Below the pieces are notes generated by a model. That model worked only from the letters and a program-made list of their open reading frames with translations. It was not told the origin of the DNA and made no database searches. Made by a program: the position numbers and the translations under genes. Positions 1-8,323 of a stretch of DNA of 44,988 nucleotides are shown piece by piece; the first letter of the stretch is position 1; each line of letters begins with the position of its first letter. This DNA comes from a virus (taxonomy: Duplodnaviria > Heunggongvirae > Uroviricota > Caudoviricetes): IMG/VR virus record IMGVR_UViG_643348544_000004, one strand, 5' to 3'.

Positions 1-1020
1 CTACTTGCTAACCACGAGCGGCAAATCCAGTGTTGGTGTGATTTTTGTTTTACGATCGTAAATCAACACCTGATTTTCTGTTTTATGCCCGCTGAAAATT
101 TGTTTGTCGCGACTGCTGCCTTCGTAATCTGAGATCCCCTTGGCTTTTATGTCGTGAAAATTGCACCCGAACGGAACGCCAACTTTTTGCTCGGCTGCGC
201 GTTTAGCCTGATTCCACCAGTTATTCAGCGTTTTAGCTATGACTTTCCCGCCTTTGGTTGTATTGATCACATATTCGCATGTACAGGAAGATACATTTCG
301 GGCTAACTGGATCGCTGTACGTAATCGCGGTGACCATTCCTTGATTTGTTTGGTGCCGGTTTTGTTTTGCTCAATGTAGATCCCTTTATCCATAATATCC
401 TGCCATTTCAACTCAAGCACATCACCGAGTCTTGCCGCACAGAGATAGGAAATCTCCATTGCAATGCGTAACTGTGGAATTGCTTCCGCATATATCGCCG
501 CATACTGTTCATCGGTGATGTAAACAGTGCGGGCTTTAAGAGAGAATTTTCTGACTCCTTTGCATGGGTTATTCTTCACATACCCACGCTCATATCCCCA
601 CCCGTATACTCGACTCAGGCTTGCCAGTTCATGATTTGCCTGGGTCTTGCTCTCAAGCCCTCGTTTATCCATGAAAATTCTTACCTGCTCAGTTTTGACA
701 TTATCAGCAAGCACTTTTCCGAATACCATCAGCAACGCCTTCTGATGTTGTCGATAATCTTTTTGGGTTCGGGGGGCCAGTTCTGTAAATGCAGGGGAGT
801 CCATAAACATGTGCCATAATTTAGCTACGGTCATTATGTTGTGGAGTTTTGCTTTTTCCAGTTCATAATTTTGCCAGACTTTAGCTACGCTGGTTTTCCG
901 CACTCTTCCTAGCCCTATACTTCTTGTACTTCCTTCGGGTTTCCACACGTAACTGTAACCATTCGATCTAACCCGCGGTGGCAGTACATTATCTTTTTTA
1001 TTTTTTCTTGGTCTTCCCAT
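1..1020 (-). CDS. int: Phage integrase (tyrosine recombinase family), 339 aa
   Basis: Full-length ORF whose stop codon is at window positions 1-3; lambdoid integrase-like sequence; start overlaps the upstream xis-like ORF as in lambda int-xis. Confidence 0.85.
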   Translation of the reverse strand: MGRPRKNKKDNVLPPRVRSNGYSYVWKPEGSTRSIGLGRVRKTSVAKVWQNYELEKAKLHNIMTVAKLWHMFMDSPAFTELAPRTQKDYRQHQKALLMVFGKVLADNVKTEQVRIFMDKRGLESKTQANHELASLSRVYGWGYERGYVKNNPCKGVRKFSLKARTVYITDEQYAAIYAEAIPQLRIAMEISYLCAARLGDVLELKWQDIMDKGIYIEQNKTGTKQIKEWSPRLRTAIQLARNVSSCTCEYVINTTKGGKVIAKTLNNWWNQAKRAAEQKVGVPFGCNFHDIKAKGISDYEGSSRDKQIFSGHKTENQVLIYDRKTKITPTLDLPLVVSK

Positions 1021-1240
1021 TGTTCAGCGCCTCAAAATCGGGTTCAGCAGAAACCAGTTCAGATGTTTTTGGCATCGTTGTCAGACCGTGTGGAATATCC
1101 CTGCGGAGAACTATGGGTTCGTTTTTAGGGCCGATTACAAATGGGATGCCGTGCAGTCTTAACTGGTGTTGCTGTTTTGTGTATCGCTCGTATTTCGTGA
1201 TCTCTTTAATCTCTGCTGGAGATAGAGTTAATTCGTACAT
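998..1240 (-). CDS. xis: Excisionase-like protein (about 80 aa, start at internal Met MYELTLSPAEIK...)
   Basis: Small basic ORF immediately upstream of and overlapping int; N-terminus MYELTL resembles lambda Xis MYLTL; longer 126-aa frame rejected because it overlaps the recE-like 3' end. Confidence 0.5.
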   Translation of the reverse strand: MYELTLSPAEIKEITKYERYTKQQHQLRLHGIPFVIGPKNEPIVLRRDIPHGLTTMPKTSELVSAEPDFEALNNGKTKKK

Positions 1241-1307
1241 GTGGTCACGTGCCTTTACAGCATGACCGCCGCCACTATAGCTGGTGGGCGGCGATATGGG
1301 TTGAACA

Positions 1308-3800
1308 TTAAAAATCAGCCTGACTCGGGAGCAGTTTTTGCCAGATGGCTGAAACGTATTTCGCCTGGTAACGTGCATCGTTCAGAGCGTTATGGCGTTC
1401 ACCTTCGAATGGAATAGTCGTTCTTGCGTCGAAATCCATCACCAGTCCCAGAGCAACCATCGTTCTTACATCGCGATCATTGGTGTAACGCCACGGGCAG
1501 GGGATCCCCTGCCGTTCATATGAACGGCGTAAAATCACGTTGTCGAAAGTTGCACCGTCACCCCAGACCTGAACAAAAAATTCACCGGAGTTTTCGTCGA
1601 TAAATTCCCGCAATTGTAACAGTGCATCATCTAACGGGATTTCATCGGTCATAATGGCAGATTGCGCTTCGCGTGATTGCTTAAGCCACCATTTAATGGT
1701 GTCCCGATCAATGACTCCGCCAGCAGTTTCCAGATCGATAGTCTTACTAAATTCCGGTCCCATATCTCCGGTTTGCGGATCGAAAAATATTGCACCTATT
1801 GAGATGATCGGGGCATCAGGATTTTTTCCCATGGTTTCAAGGTCGATCATTAGATGGTCACACGTCCTGCTGGTGGATGTGATAACGTGATGACCGTTCA
1901 CCGTAATTAAGGGATCTGCCGTCTCGCCAGTTTCACTATCGCTGGCGTGATCCTGAGCGCTACCAGCATTCTCCTTGTGTGGATGTTCAGCGCCTTCCAT
2001 TTCCTTCGGATCATTTTCCTGAACTTCAACCTGATTCTCTTCATCGAATGTTTCCTGGTATGTTGCGTCACCCATCACCGCGCCACAATCAGGGCAGTTG
2101 CCGCCACCGCTTTGACCGCAGGCGGTGCAGACTTTTTCCGGTTCCTGTTGCGCTACTGGCTCAGGTTGTTTCGTTTCTGGCTCGTTTTGTAACGCATTTG
2201 GGCTGTTTTGTTCCGCTTTCTGGCTGTTTTGTTCCGCTTTCTGGCCGTTCTGTTCCGTTTCTTGCTGGTTCTGATTCACTGAATCGCGGGTTTCAATCCC
2301 CTTCACCCATTTCGGATCATTCGGGTCGCTAATCCCTGCAACAAATTCACCACGTGATACAGCAAGCAACTTATTGGCGTCAGGCTGGCTGATATTGGCT
2401 GCCTGCATAATTTTGTTTACTTCGTCAGCGGTAACTTTTACCGGCTCTGGTTGTGCGATCGTGTCAGATGCACCAGTATTTTGTTGTGAACCTGAGTACG
2501 TGCCGTTTTTACGTGCGAAGTATTCCTCTTTTGTGATTTCCGTAGCTCCCAGGGCCAGTGCTTTTTCCAGACCAGAAAATTTGTTTGCGCGACCGTATTT
2601 TTCGCCGTCCTTATCGGTGAAAAGGAAGTAGAACGGTCCCTCACGCTCTACAGATGGTTCGTCTTCCACTTCGCATTCGGTTTTTTCGTTGTCCGGCATT
2701 GCCGTTTCCACTGCATCAGTTTCTGGTACTGGCGACGAGAGAGTATCAGTTGCGCTCTGATTTCTTCCTTCATCTTCAAACACGCCCTTTGTAGTCAGGT
2801 ATTCAGTAATGTATTTGTTCAGTGCCACAGGGTCTTTGTGAATGTCGATCGGACGTTCACGGACAAGGCCAAAAATAGTCTGGCGGTCGTAGCGAAGGGC
2901 ATCAGGCTGTTTGCGCATTGATGCCGAGATACGCTTCCAGTCTTCGCGGTCGTTGTCGATAACTTCATTTTTTGCCCAGCGATGGATGCTGCCGTCAATG
3001 TTTCCGGCATCCACATCACCAGGCCAGAGAGCGTAGGCCAGTTCGTCATCCAGTGTTTTCCATGTCTGCTTGTATTCGCGATGAATGGCAGCAATGACCG
3101 GGCTGATTTTTCCTGTTGAATTTTCACTGTGCTGTTGATTGGTTCTGGCGCGGGCGAGATCAACAACAGACGTGTATTTTCCGGTTTCCTTGCGTTCACC
3201 TTCGCGACGTTTTTTCCAGATGCGCATCTCTGCCTGAATTTCGGGCCATTTGGCACCAGGCTTACATTTATGCTTAACCCACCCGATGGCATGCAGCTTA
3301 AGCTCCGGATACATGGCGTTAACTTCTGGCATTTTCATCAACGCTTCAACGATATGTCCGTCGAATGTTGCCATGTCTTCCTGCAACAATTCCTGTGCGT
3401 TAATAACCATATCAACGGTGATGTTTTCACATGTGTCGAACTTAACCATGACAGCGTTCTGTACTTCAGGGGACAGCTTGTCAAAATTGACGTTCATCGG
3501 ATCGGATTCTGGTTCGACCGGAATAAAGGAAGCGGATTCCTCATCCCAGCGGTTTTCCTGCATATATTCAGCATCCCAGGAATCGAGGGCAGGGCGGGGT
3601 ATACCGGGTTTATCCTCGCAGACAAGAAATTTATAAGCGCAGTCCTGAGCAGCCGGATAATGTTCCAGGAATTGCCAGTGAAATTTTGCGCGGGCGCGAC
3701 GTTCATCACCGGCTTCAATGGCAGTGGCTACAGCGACGGCACCTTCTTCCTTTATTGCCTGTTCGTCCGGAATGGCGGCGCAAATAAAGACTTTACTCAT
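1308..3800 (-). CDS. RecE-like exodeoxyribonuclease VIII homolog with C-terminal DnaQ-like (DEDDh) 3'-5' exonuclease domain, 830 aa
   Basis: Central region recalled as near-identical to E. coli RecE (KLLAVSRGEFVAGISDPNDPKWVKGI..., CTACGQSGGGNCPDCGAVMGDATYQETFDE); C-terminus has DEDDh motifs (MIDLETMG, WGDGATFD, HNALNDARYQA) rather than the RecE nuclease fold. Confidence 0.85.
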   Translation of the reverse strand: MSKVFICAAIPDEQAIKEEGAVAVATAIEAGDERRARAKFHWQFLEHYPAAQDCAYKFLVCEDKPGIPRPALDSWDAEYMQENRWDEESASFIPVEPESDPMNVNFDKLSPEVQNAVMVKFDTCENITVDMVINAQELLQEDMATFDGHIVEALMKMPEVNAMYPELKLHAIGWVKHKCKPGAKWPEIQAEMRIWKKRREGERKETGKYTSVVDLARARTNQQHSENSTGKISPVIAAIHREYKQTWKTLDDELAYALWPGDVDAGNIDGSIHRWAKNEVIDNDREDWKRISASMRKQPDALRYDRQTIFGLVRERPIDIHKDPVALNKYITEYLTTKGVFEDEGRNQSATDTLSSPVPETDAVETAMPDNEKTECEVEDEPSVEREGPFYFLFTDKDGEKYGRANKFSGLEKALALGATEITKEEYFARKNGTYSGSQQNTGASDTIAQPEPVKVTADEVNKIMQAANISQPDANKLLAVSRGEFVAGISDPNDPKWVKGIETRDSVNQNQQETEQNGQKAEQNSQKAEQNSPNALQNEPETKQPEPVAQQEPEKVCTACGQSGGGNCPDCGAVMGDATYQETFDEENQVEVQENDPKEMEGAEHPHKENAGSAQDHASDSETGETADPLITVNGHHVITSTSRTCDHLMIDLETMGKNPDAPIISIGAIFFDPQTGDMGPEFSKTIDLETAGGVIDRDTIKWWLKQSREAQSAIMTDEIPLDDALLQLREFIDENSGEFFVQVWGDGATFDNVILRRSYERQGIPCPWRYTNDRDVRTMVALGLVMDFDARTTIPFEGERHNALNDARYQAKYVSAIWQKLLPSQADF
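2200..2262. repeat. Three tandem copies of a 21-bp unit (TGGCTGTTTTGTTCCGCTTTC, third copy degenerate) inside the recE-like gene
   Basis: Direct reading of sequence; encodes repeated QKAEQNS heptapeptides in a low-complexity Q/E-rich linker. Confidence 0.8.
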
Positions 3801-3895
3801 TTTGTTTTAACCTCATTACAGATTTCAGGGTGAACGAATCCCTGCCATTGCTGGCATTTTTAATCCGTTGGTATGGCGTTAATATGGCTGGCGGG

Positions 3896-4084
3896 TTATC
3901 CAGCCGGTATTTCGTTATTCAGGTTCAGCGATACTTTTTTTAACGGGAGGCATTCACCGGGGATTTTTTGTTCGTCCCTTACCTGAATGCAGGATGACTT
4001 ACTGTCATAAATTCCGGTAATCACATTTTGTGGCTCACCCGTTATAAGAAAAACGGTCATCACCAGTGCAAATGCTGAAGTCAC
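3896..4084 (-). CDS. Hypothetical small protein (62 aa) with hydrophobic N-terminus
   Basis: ORF directly upstream of recE-like gene on same strand; stop overlaps start region of the next ORF (ATGA-type coupling); no recognisable family. Confidence 0.3.
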   Translation of the reverse strand: MTSAFALVMTVFLITGEPQNVITGIYDSKSSCIQVRDEQKIPGECLPLKKVSLNLNNEIPAG

Positions 4085-4269
4085 TGCTGTTCTCCGATAA
4101 TACCAAGTTCAAGAAGGGCAATTCTGGAAAGTATGGAATTATCATTGAGAAGATAAGGTTCATATTTTCTCATCTTAATGGCATCTTCCGTAAACTCCCG
4201 GTTACTGAGCAGAACACCAATATCAAAACAACCTTCAGACGTATTAACGTTTGGTAATAACGTTTCCAT
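4081..4269 (-). CDS. Hypothetical small protein (62 aa, start METLLPNVN...)
   Basis: Internal Met of the 97-aa frame chosen; translationally coupled to downstream small ORF; no recognisable family. Confidence 0.3.
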   Translation of the reverse strand: METLLPNVNTSEGCFDIGVLLSNREFTEDAIKMRKYEPYLLNDNSILSRIALLELGIIGEQQ

Positions 4270-4286
4270 TATCGCGTCCTCAACAA

Positions 4287-4434
4287 TGAATTTTGTGATG
4301 CGGTGCCTGGTGCCTCCAGGTGACGTTAACCAGTTAACAATTAACGCCGGATACAGAGAATCCACCCATAACACTGTTTTTGGTTTTAACTGTTCCGCGT
4401 GCGCTCAGCCGCATTCACCACATCACAAAATTCA
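4287..4434. repeat. Pair of perfect 14-bp inverted repeats (TGAATTTTGTGATG / CATCACAAAATTCA) flanking about 120 bp of palindrome-rich DNA
   Basis: Read directly: copy 1 at 4287-4300, reverse-complement copy at 4421-4434; interior contains CCTGGTGCCTCCAGG and GTTAACCAGTTAAC palindromes; sits in a roughly 570-bp stretch with no convincing ORF. Confidence 0.6.
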
Positions 4435-4836
4435 CTTTAAAAAGGGCGGCAGAGCAGTCACGGAGTAAAACTGATACCGCCAAACGTCACCAGAAAATTG
4501 ATAACAGAGGGCGTTGCAGCGGGGTTGTCACTTAAGCGTATGGTCAACCTGACAACCCGGTGTCCTCAACGGGGAAGGAATAACCCCGCCATACTTACCG
4601 CCGCGCCATTTCGCGGGTTGCCACAACCGGAAGCGCACGGTCGACGAAAATTTAACGACAGGCTATCTATGAACCAGCTACCTCGCCGTGCGCTTTCGCT
4701 TTATGCCCTGACTTTTCAGGGACATATCCTTTCAGTAAACTGTCAGTGCCGGATGTTCACCCGTGTCCGGCGCACGCACTCCACCTGACCCGTGGAGAAC
4801 TCCTTAATTACCAACCTTAGCTTCGTTGGTTAGCTA

Positions 4837-5055
4837 TTAACGCGGGTATGTAACCATTCTGGCAATGCTTAATGCCGCTGCTTTTTCCAGCCTGGTGATA
4901 TCCTGCTCCAGAGCGGACAGATTTTCAGCCTGCTTAGTCCTGGCTTCATTGGCCCATTTCAGATCCTGCACTGCATTAATTTTCTGGCGCATCCACTCAT
5001 AAAGTTCATCATCGGTATAGTCTGGCGCGATGATGACGGGTTCTCGTTTCTGCAT
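4837..5055 (-). CDS. Hypothetical early protein, 72 aa (Qin YdfC-like by recollection)
   Basis: ORF MQKREPVIIAPDYTDDELYEWMRQKINAVQDLKW...; same strand and operon position as the small genes downstream of dicA in Qin-type prophages. Confidence 0.45.
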   Translation of the reverse strand: MQKREPVIIAPDYTDDELYEWMRQKINAVQDLKWANEARTKQAENLSALEQDITRLEKAAALSIARMVTYPR

Positions 5056-5084
5056 ACTGATTCCTCGCGGTGCTGTTTCGCTTA

Positions 5085-5213
5085 TCAGCCGTTAGATTTT
5101 GCCGAACTGGAAAGCGCCTGTTTAAATTCGTTGAAGCTGAGAGTTTCTTCGCCTTCGGCAAGACCATCGAAGTATTCTTCGTAAGCCTTTTCCATGATTG
5201 TGTCGAAATCCAT
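5085..5213 (-). CDS. Small protein, 42 aa (MDFDTIMEKAYEEYFDGLAEGEETLSFNEFKQALSSSAKSNG), YdfB-like
   Basis: Below the 60-aa track cutoff; found by manual translation of minus strand; start 1 nt after stop of upstream small gene. Confidence 0.4.
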   Translation of the reverse strand: MDFDTIMEKAYEEYFDGLAEGEETLSFNEFKQALSSSAKSNG

Positions 5214-5214
5214 A

Positions 5215-5370
5215 TCACTCACCTGAGTTTCTTTCCAGCCAGCGACGGGCACCATTTTCGGTTTTAAACGTTTTGCTTTTGGTATACGTCATCGCGGTGA
5301 ACGTGCCGTCCTGGTTGGGAAACACGCCGCATACCAGAGATTCGTTGTTGCCAAGATCGATAGTATCCAT
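5215..5370 (-). CDS. Small protein, 51 aa (MDTIDLGNNESLVCGVFPNQDGTFTAMTYTKSKTFKTENGARRWLERNSGE), YdfA-like
   Basis: Internal Met of the 69-aa frame; first gene downstream of dicA on the same strand. Confidence 0.45.
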   Translation of the reverse strand: MDTIDLGNNESLVCGVFPNQDGTFTAMTYTKSKTFKTENGARRWLERNSGE

Positions 5371-5449
5371 GCTGACCTCATTTCCCCTTAACGCCAGGGT
5401 AGCGGAACTGTTTGCTGAGAACACCGTGCGGTGTCTTGATGAGTAGAAT

Positions 5450-5463
5450 TTAGAATAACCTAA
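5450..5463. promoter_or_regulatory. Operator-like palindrome TTAG-N6-CTAA (TTAGAATAACCTAA) downstream of dicA, upstream of ydfA-like gene
   Basis: Same half-site arrangement as the sites in the dicA-dicC intergenic region; 12 of 13 identical to the 5987-6000 site when read on the opposite strand. Confidence 0.35.
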
Positions 5464-5577
5464 GAATTGTGGTCAAGCTTTTTGTGTAGAAAAACCTAAG
5501 TTTTTTGATGTAAAAAACACAAGCATTTGAAAGTTTATGCTTTTTATTACAGAGAGTGGCGAAAAAAAGGGAGGGGG

Positions 5578-5985
5578 TTATTTATTTGCGCTTCTTTTGC
5601 GAGCTTTGAGTAGTTCTTCAAAAAGTTTGTTGAAATTCTCAACTCGAGCACGCATCTCTGACAACAGAGCCTTTTGCTCTGACTCAGGCAGTGCGTCGAA
5701 CAGTTGAAGCAACTCTTTTTGATCTTCTGTCAGATTAACTGGCTGATTATCTGGGATCGGTTCGCCTGGTTGCTTATCTTCATCTCCAAAAAGAAGCCAA
5801 GTCGGCGAGCACTGAAGCGCCTGGCTCAGTGCGAATAATCTCTTCCCCGCTGGCTGTGTTTCATCTCTTTCCCATTGAGAAATTGTTACGTGAGCCACTT
5901 TGACCAGCTTACCTAATGCGGCCTGAGACAGTTTTAATTTTTTACGCCTGTATAAGAGGCGAGCACCGAAGGTTTCGTTTTTCAT
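5578..5985 (-). CDS. dicA: DicA-like HTH (XRE-family) repressor, 135 aa
   Basis: Same length as E. coli DicA and strongly similar from memory (LFALSQALQCSPTWLLFGDEDKQP..., EMRARVENFNKLFEELLKARKR); divergent from a dicC-like gene. Confidence 0.85.
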   Translation of the reverse strand: MKNETFGARLLYRRKKLKLSQAALGKLVKVAHVTISQWERDETQPAGKRLFALSQALQCSPTWLLFGDEDKQPGEPIPDNQPVNLTEDQKELLQLFDALPESEQKALLSEMRARVENFNKLFEELLKARKRSANK

Positions 5986-6061
5986 ATTAGGTAATTCTAA
6001 TTTTTCTTGACTTAGGTTTCTCTACGATCTAGTTTCCTTAGGAAAATCTAAGGAGTTCGAT
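5986..6061. promoter_or_regulatory. dicA-dicC divergent promoter/operator region with three TTAG-N6-CTAA-type palindromes
   Basis: Sites read at 5987-6000 (TTAGGTAATTCTAA), 6012-6025 (TTAGGTTTCTCTAC, imperfect) and 6036-6053 (CCTTAGGAAAATCTAAGG); candidate -35 TTGACT at 6007-6012 and -10 TAGTTT at 6030-6035 for rightward transcription. Confidence 0.5.
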
Positions 6062-6289
6062 ATGTTGAAAATTGATGCTATAGCGTTTTTTGGCAGCAAA
6101 ACAAAGCTTGCCAATGCCGCAGGAGTTAGGCTGGCAAGCGTTGCTGCATGGGGGAAACTGGTTCCTGAAGGTCGCGCGATGCGTCTACAGGAGGCATCCG
6201 GCGGGGAACTTCAGTACGACCCCAAAGTTTATGACGAATATCGTAAGGCAAAGCGGGCGGGGCGGTTGAACAATGAAAATCACCCCTGA
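6062..6289 (+). CDS. dicC: DicC-like Cro-type regulator, 75 aa
   Basis: Divergent from dicA with AAGGAG RBS; sequence (…LVPEGRAMRLQEASGGELQYDPKVYDEYRKAKRAGRLNNENH) matches remembered DicC. Confidence 0.8.
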   Translation: MLKIDAIAFFGSKTKLANAAGVRLASVAAWGKLVPEGRAMRLQEASGGELQYDPKVYDEYRKAKRAGRLNNENHP

Positions 6290-6824
6290 ACAGGTTTGTG
6301 AGGCTCTGGATGCCTGGGTATGTCGACCAGGAATGACACAGGAGCAAGCGACGATATTAATCACGGAAGCATTCTGGGCTCTGAAAGAACGCCCGAACAT
6401 CGATGTTCAACGCGTCACGTTTAATGATGGCGAGGTTGATCAACGGGCGCTGGGCGTTAACCGGGTGAAGATATTCGAACGCTGGAAAGCTATCGACACC
6501 AGGGATAAGCGGAAAAAATTCACGGCGCTGATTCCGGCAATTATGGAGGCTATCCGAATTAGTGATTTCAGGTTGTATCGTGAGATCAGTGATGGAAAAA
6601 GCATTACGTACATGATCGCCGGATTAAACAAAGAATATGGCGATGTGGTGGAGTCCGGGCTGCTTTTTGCGGATCCAGCTGTTGTGGAACGTGAGACTGA
6701 CGAGCTTATAGAAAAAGCTATTGCTTTCAAGCATGCGTATCGTCAGCAATATCAATATTACTTTGCAGATAAACAAATGTCTGCCAGGGGTTTGTATGAG
6801 TATCGATGCACTACGATGGGCTAA
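6273..6824 (+). CDS. Hypothetical early protein (YdaT-like), 183 aa
   Basis: Start overlaps dicC stop; N-terminal pattern MKI...E... resembles Rac YdaT by recollection; occupies the CII-equivalent position. Confidence 0.45.
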   Translation: MKITPEQVCEALDAWVCRPGMTQEQATILITEAFWALKERPNIDVQRVTFNDGEVDQRALGVNRVKIFERWKAIDTRDKRKKFTALIPAIMEAIRISDFRLYREISDGKSITYMIAGLNKEYGDVVESGLLFADPAVVERETDELIEKAIAFKHAYRQQYQYYFADKQMSARGLYEYRCTTMG

Positions 6825-7836
6825 AAAGGTGAAAACCGGCAGTTCATCCAGTAAGTCTGTATTGACCTGGCTTGCTGATATGTGCGGTGCCGATTTGTGT
6901 GCATACCCGTCTGTATCTGCACTGGCAGAAGTAACGGAACTAAACAAAAAGACTGTGCAGGACAGCTTACGACACCTGATGGAGATTGGGTTAATTGTTG
7001 ATACCGGTGAGAGAAAAGGCAGAACAAAGCAAATTGTGGTGTACCGACTTATCGGTGTAGAAGAAAGTGTTGCCGAGCCTGAATACACCCAAAAACGGGA
7101 GTCTTTAAAGGTGGGTAAAATTGGTGCTGTTAATAAAAACAGTACCGAAAATGGTTATGTTTCAGCACAAAACAGACCCAAAAACGGAACTCTTAGCTGC
7201 ATGGAAAATAACCAAAGACACCCAAATTTTCCATCAAAGACACCCAAAAACGGATCACGGAACCCAAAGGAACCCAAAGATCTAAACCCCACACATAACG
7301 CACGCGAGAGTGCTCCGACCAGTGAGCAGGAAGTTTTGTCGTTACAGGCAGCACCCCTTGTATTCCTGGATGGCCTGAGCGAACCCATCGGAAAATTTCC
7401 GATGACCGATAGCTGGTATCCGTCACGGGATTTTCGACGACGGGCTGCGTTGTGGGGGATGGCTTTGCCGGAGACAGAATTTACACCTGCTGAACTTGCC
7501 GCCTTCCGGGACTACTGGGCAGCGGAGGGGAAAGTGTTTACGCAGATTCAGTGGGAGCAGAAATTCGCCCGTCACGTAAATCACGTCAGGGCGCAGGTTA
7601 AACCAGTCAGCAAGGGGGTAAACCATGCAGCAGCACCAGGTGGCACCGCATCACGGGCAGTTCAGGAAATTCGGGCAGCACGTGAGCAGTGGGAACGTGA
7701 AAACGGATTTATCAGCGACGGAAACGGTCTGGAAGCTGTGGGAGCTTATGGGGGAGGTGTATTCGAACCGCTGGACACAGAAGAACGGGGCCGCACCTTC
7801 GAAGCTCTGGATTGCCCAGATTGGCGCGATGACTGA
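6796..7836 (+). CDS. Replication initiator (O-like), N-terminal winged HTH, iterons inside gene, 346 aa
   Basis: Start MSIDALRWAKK chosen within the 371-aa frame; HTH-type N-terminus; internal iteron-like repeats; followed by a P-like gene whose candidate start overlaps its stop (ATGACTGA). Confidence 0.65.
   Translation: MSIDALRWAKKVKTGSSSSKSVLTWLADMCGADLCAYPSVSALAEVTELNKKTVQDSLRHLMEIGLIVDTGERKGRTKQIVVYRLIGVEESVAEPEYTQKRESLKVGKIGAVNKNSTENGYVSAQNRPKNGTLSCMENNQRHPNFPSKTPKNGSRNPKEPKDLNPTHNARESAPTSEQEVLSLQAAPLVFLDGLSEPIGKFPMTDSWYPSRDFRRRAALWGMALPETEFTPAELAAFRDYWAAEGKVFTQIQWEQKFARHVNHVRAQVKPVSKGVNHAAAPGGTASRAVQEIRAAREQWERENGFISDGNGLEAVGAYGGGVFEPLDTEERGRTFEALDCPDWRDD
7177..7280. repeat. Iteron-like direct repeats (CCCAAAAACGGA x2, AAAGACACCCAAA x2, GAACCCAAAG x2): candidate replication origin
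   Basis: Read directly from sequence within the O-like gene, analogous to lambda ori lying inside O. Confidence 0.4.
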
Positions 7837-8290
7837 ACAGCAAATCCGGCTGGTCTGCCGTCAGTGCATGGACCGCTGCCGGGCGGGTGAAACGTGGCCC
7901 CCGGACCTGGCTGAGTTTGTTGCACTGATTTCGGAGAGTGGGGCAAATCCATTTGGTCTTACGGTGGATGCAGTGATGGAAGAGTACCGGCGCTGGCGCA
8001 ATGAATCCTGGCGATACGACGGGAGTGATAAATACCCGTGGCCACAGCCTGTGCTGTACCACATCTGCCTCGAAATGCGTACCAGAGGGATTGAGCGCCA
8101 GATGACGCAGGGTGAGTTAAAACGACTTGCGGAACGGCAACTGACGAAATGGGCAAAGCATGTTGGTAACGGGATGAGTGTTCCGCCAGTGCGACGACAA
8201 CTGGAAGGGGCGAAACACCCGCAAGGGCCAACGCCAATTGAACGGCTGAAACAGGAATACGAACGCCGGAAGGCAGCTGGTTTTATTTGA
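7625..8290 (+). CDS. Replication protein P-like (helicase loader); start uncertain (7625, 7751 or 7829)
   Basis: C-terminal two-thirds resembles lambda P from memory (PDLAEFVAL..., YPWPQPVLYHICLEM...); start at 7829 would give ATGACTGA overlap with O-like stop. Confidence 0.6.
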   Translation: MQQHQVAPHHGQFRKFGQHVSSGNVKTDLSATETVWKLWELMGEVYSNRWTQKNGAAPSKLWIAQIGAMTEQQIRLVCRQCMDRCRAGETWPPDLAEFVALISESGANPFGLTVDAVMEEYRRWRNESWRYDGSDKYPWPQPVLYHICLEMRTRGIERQMTQGELKRLAERQLTKWAKHVGNGMSVPPVRRQLEGAKHPQGPTPIERLKQEYERRKAAGFI

Positions 8291-8323
8291 ATCTGAGAAA
8301 CGATTTTGTCGGAGGAAATTTTA

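Noticed and set aside
998-1378. Full 126-aa version of the xis-like ORF
   Set aside because: Its upstream part overlaps the 3' end of the recE-like gene; the internal Met at 1240 gives a lambda-Xis-sized product.
4498-4788. 96-aa Arg-rich ORF in the ORF-free structured region
   Set aside because: Low-complexity, no RBS, and on the opposite strand to the surrounding leftward operon.
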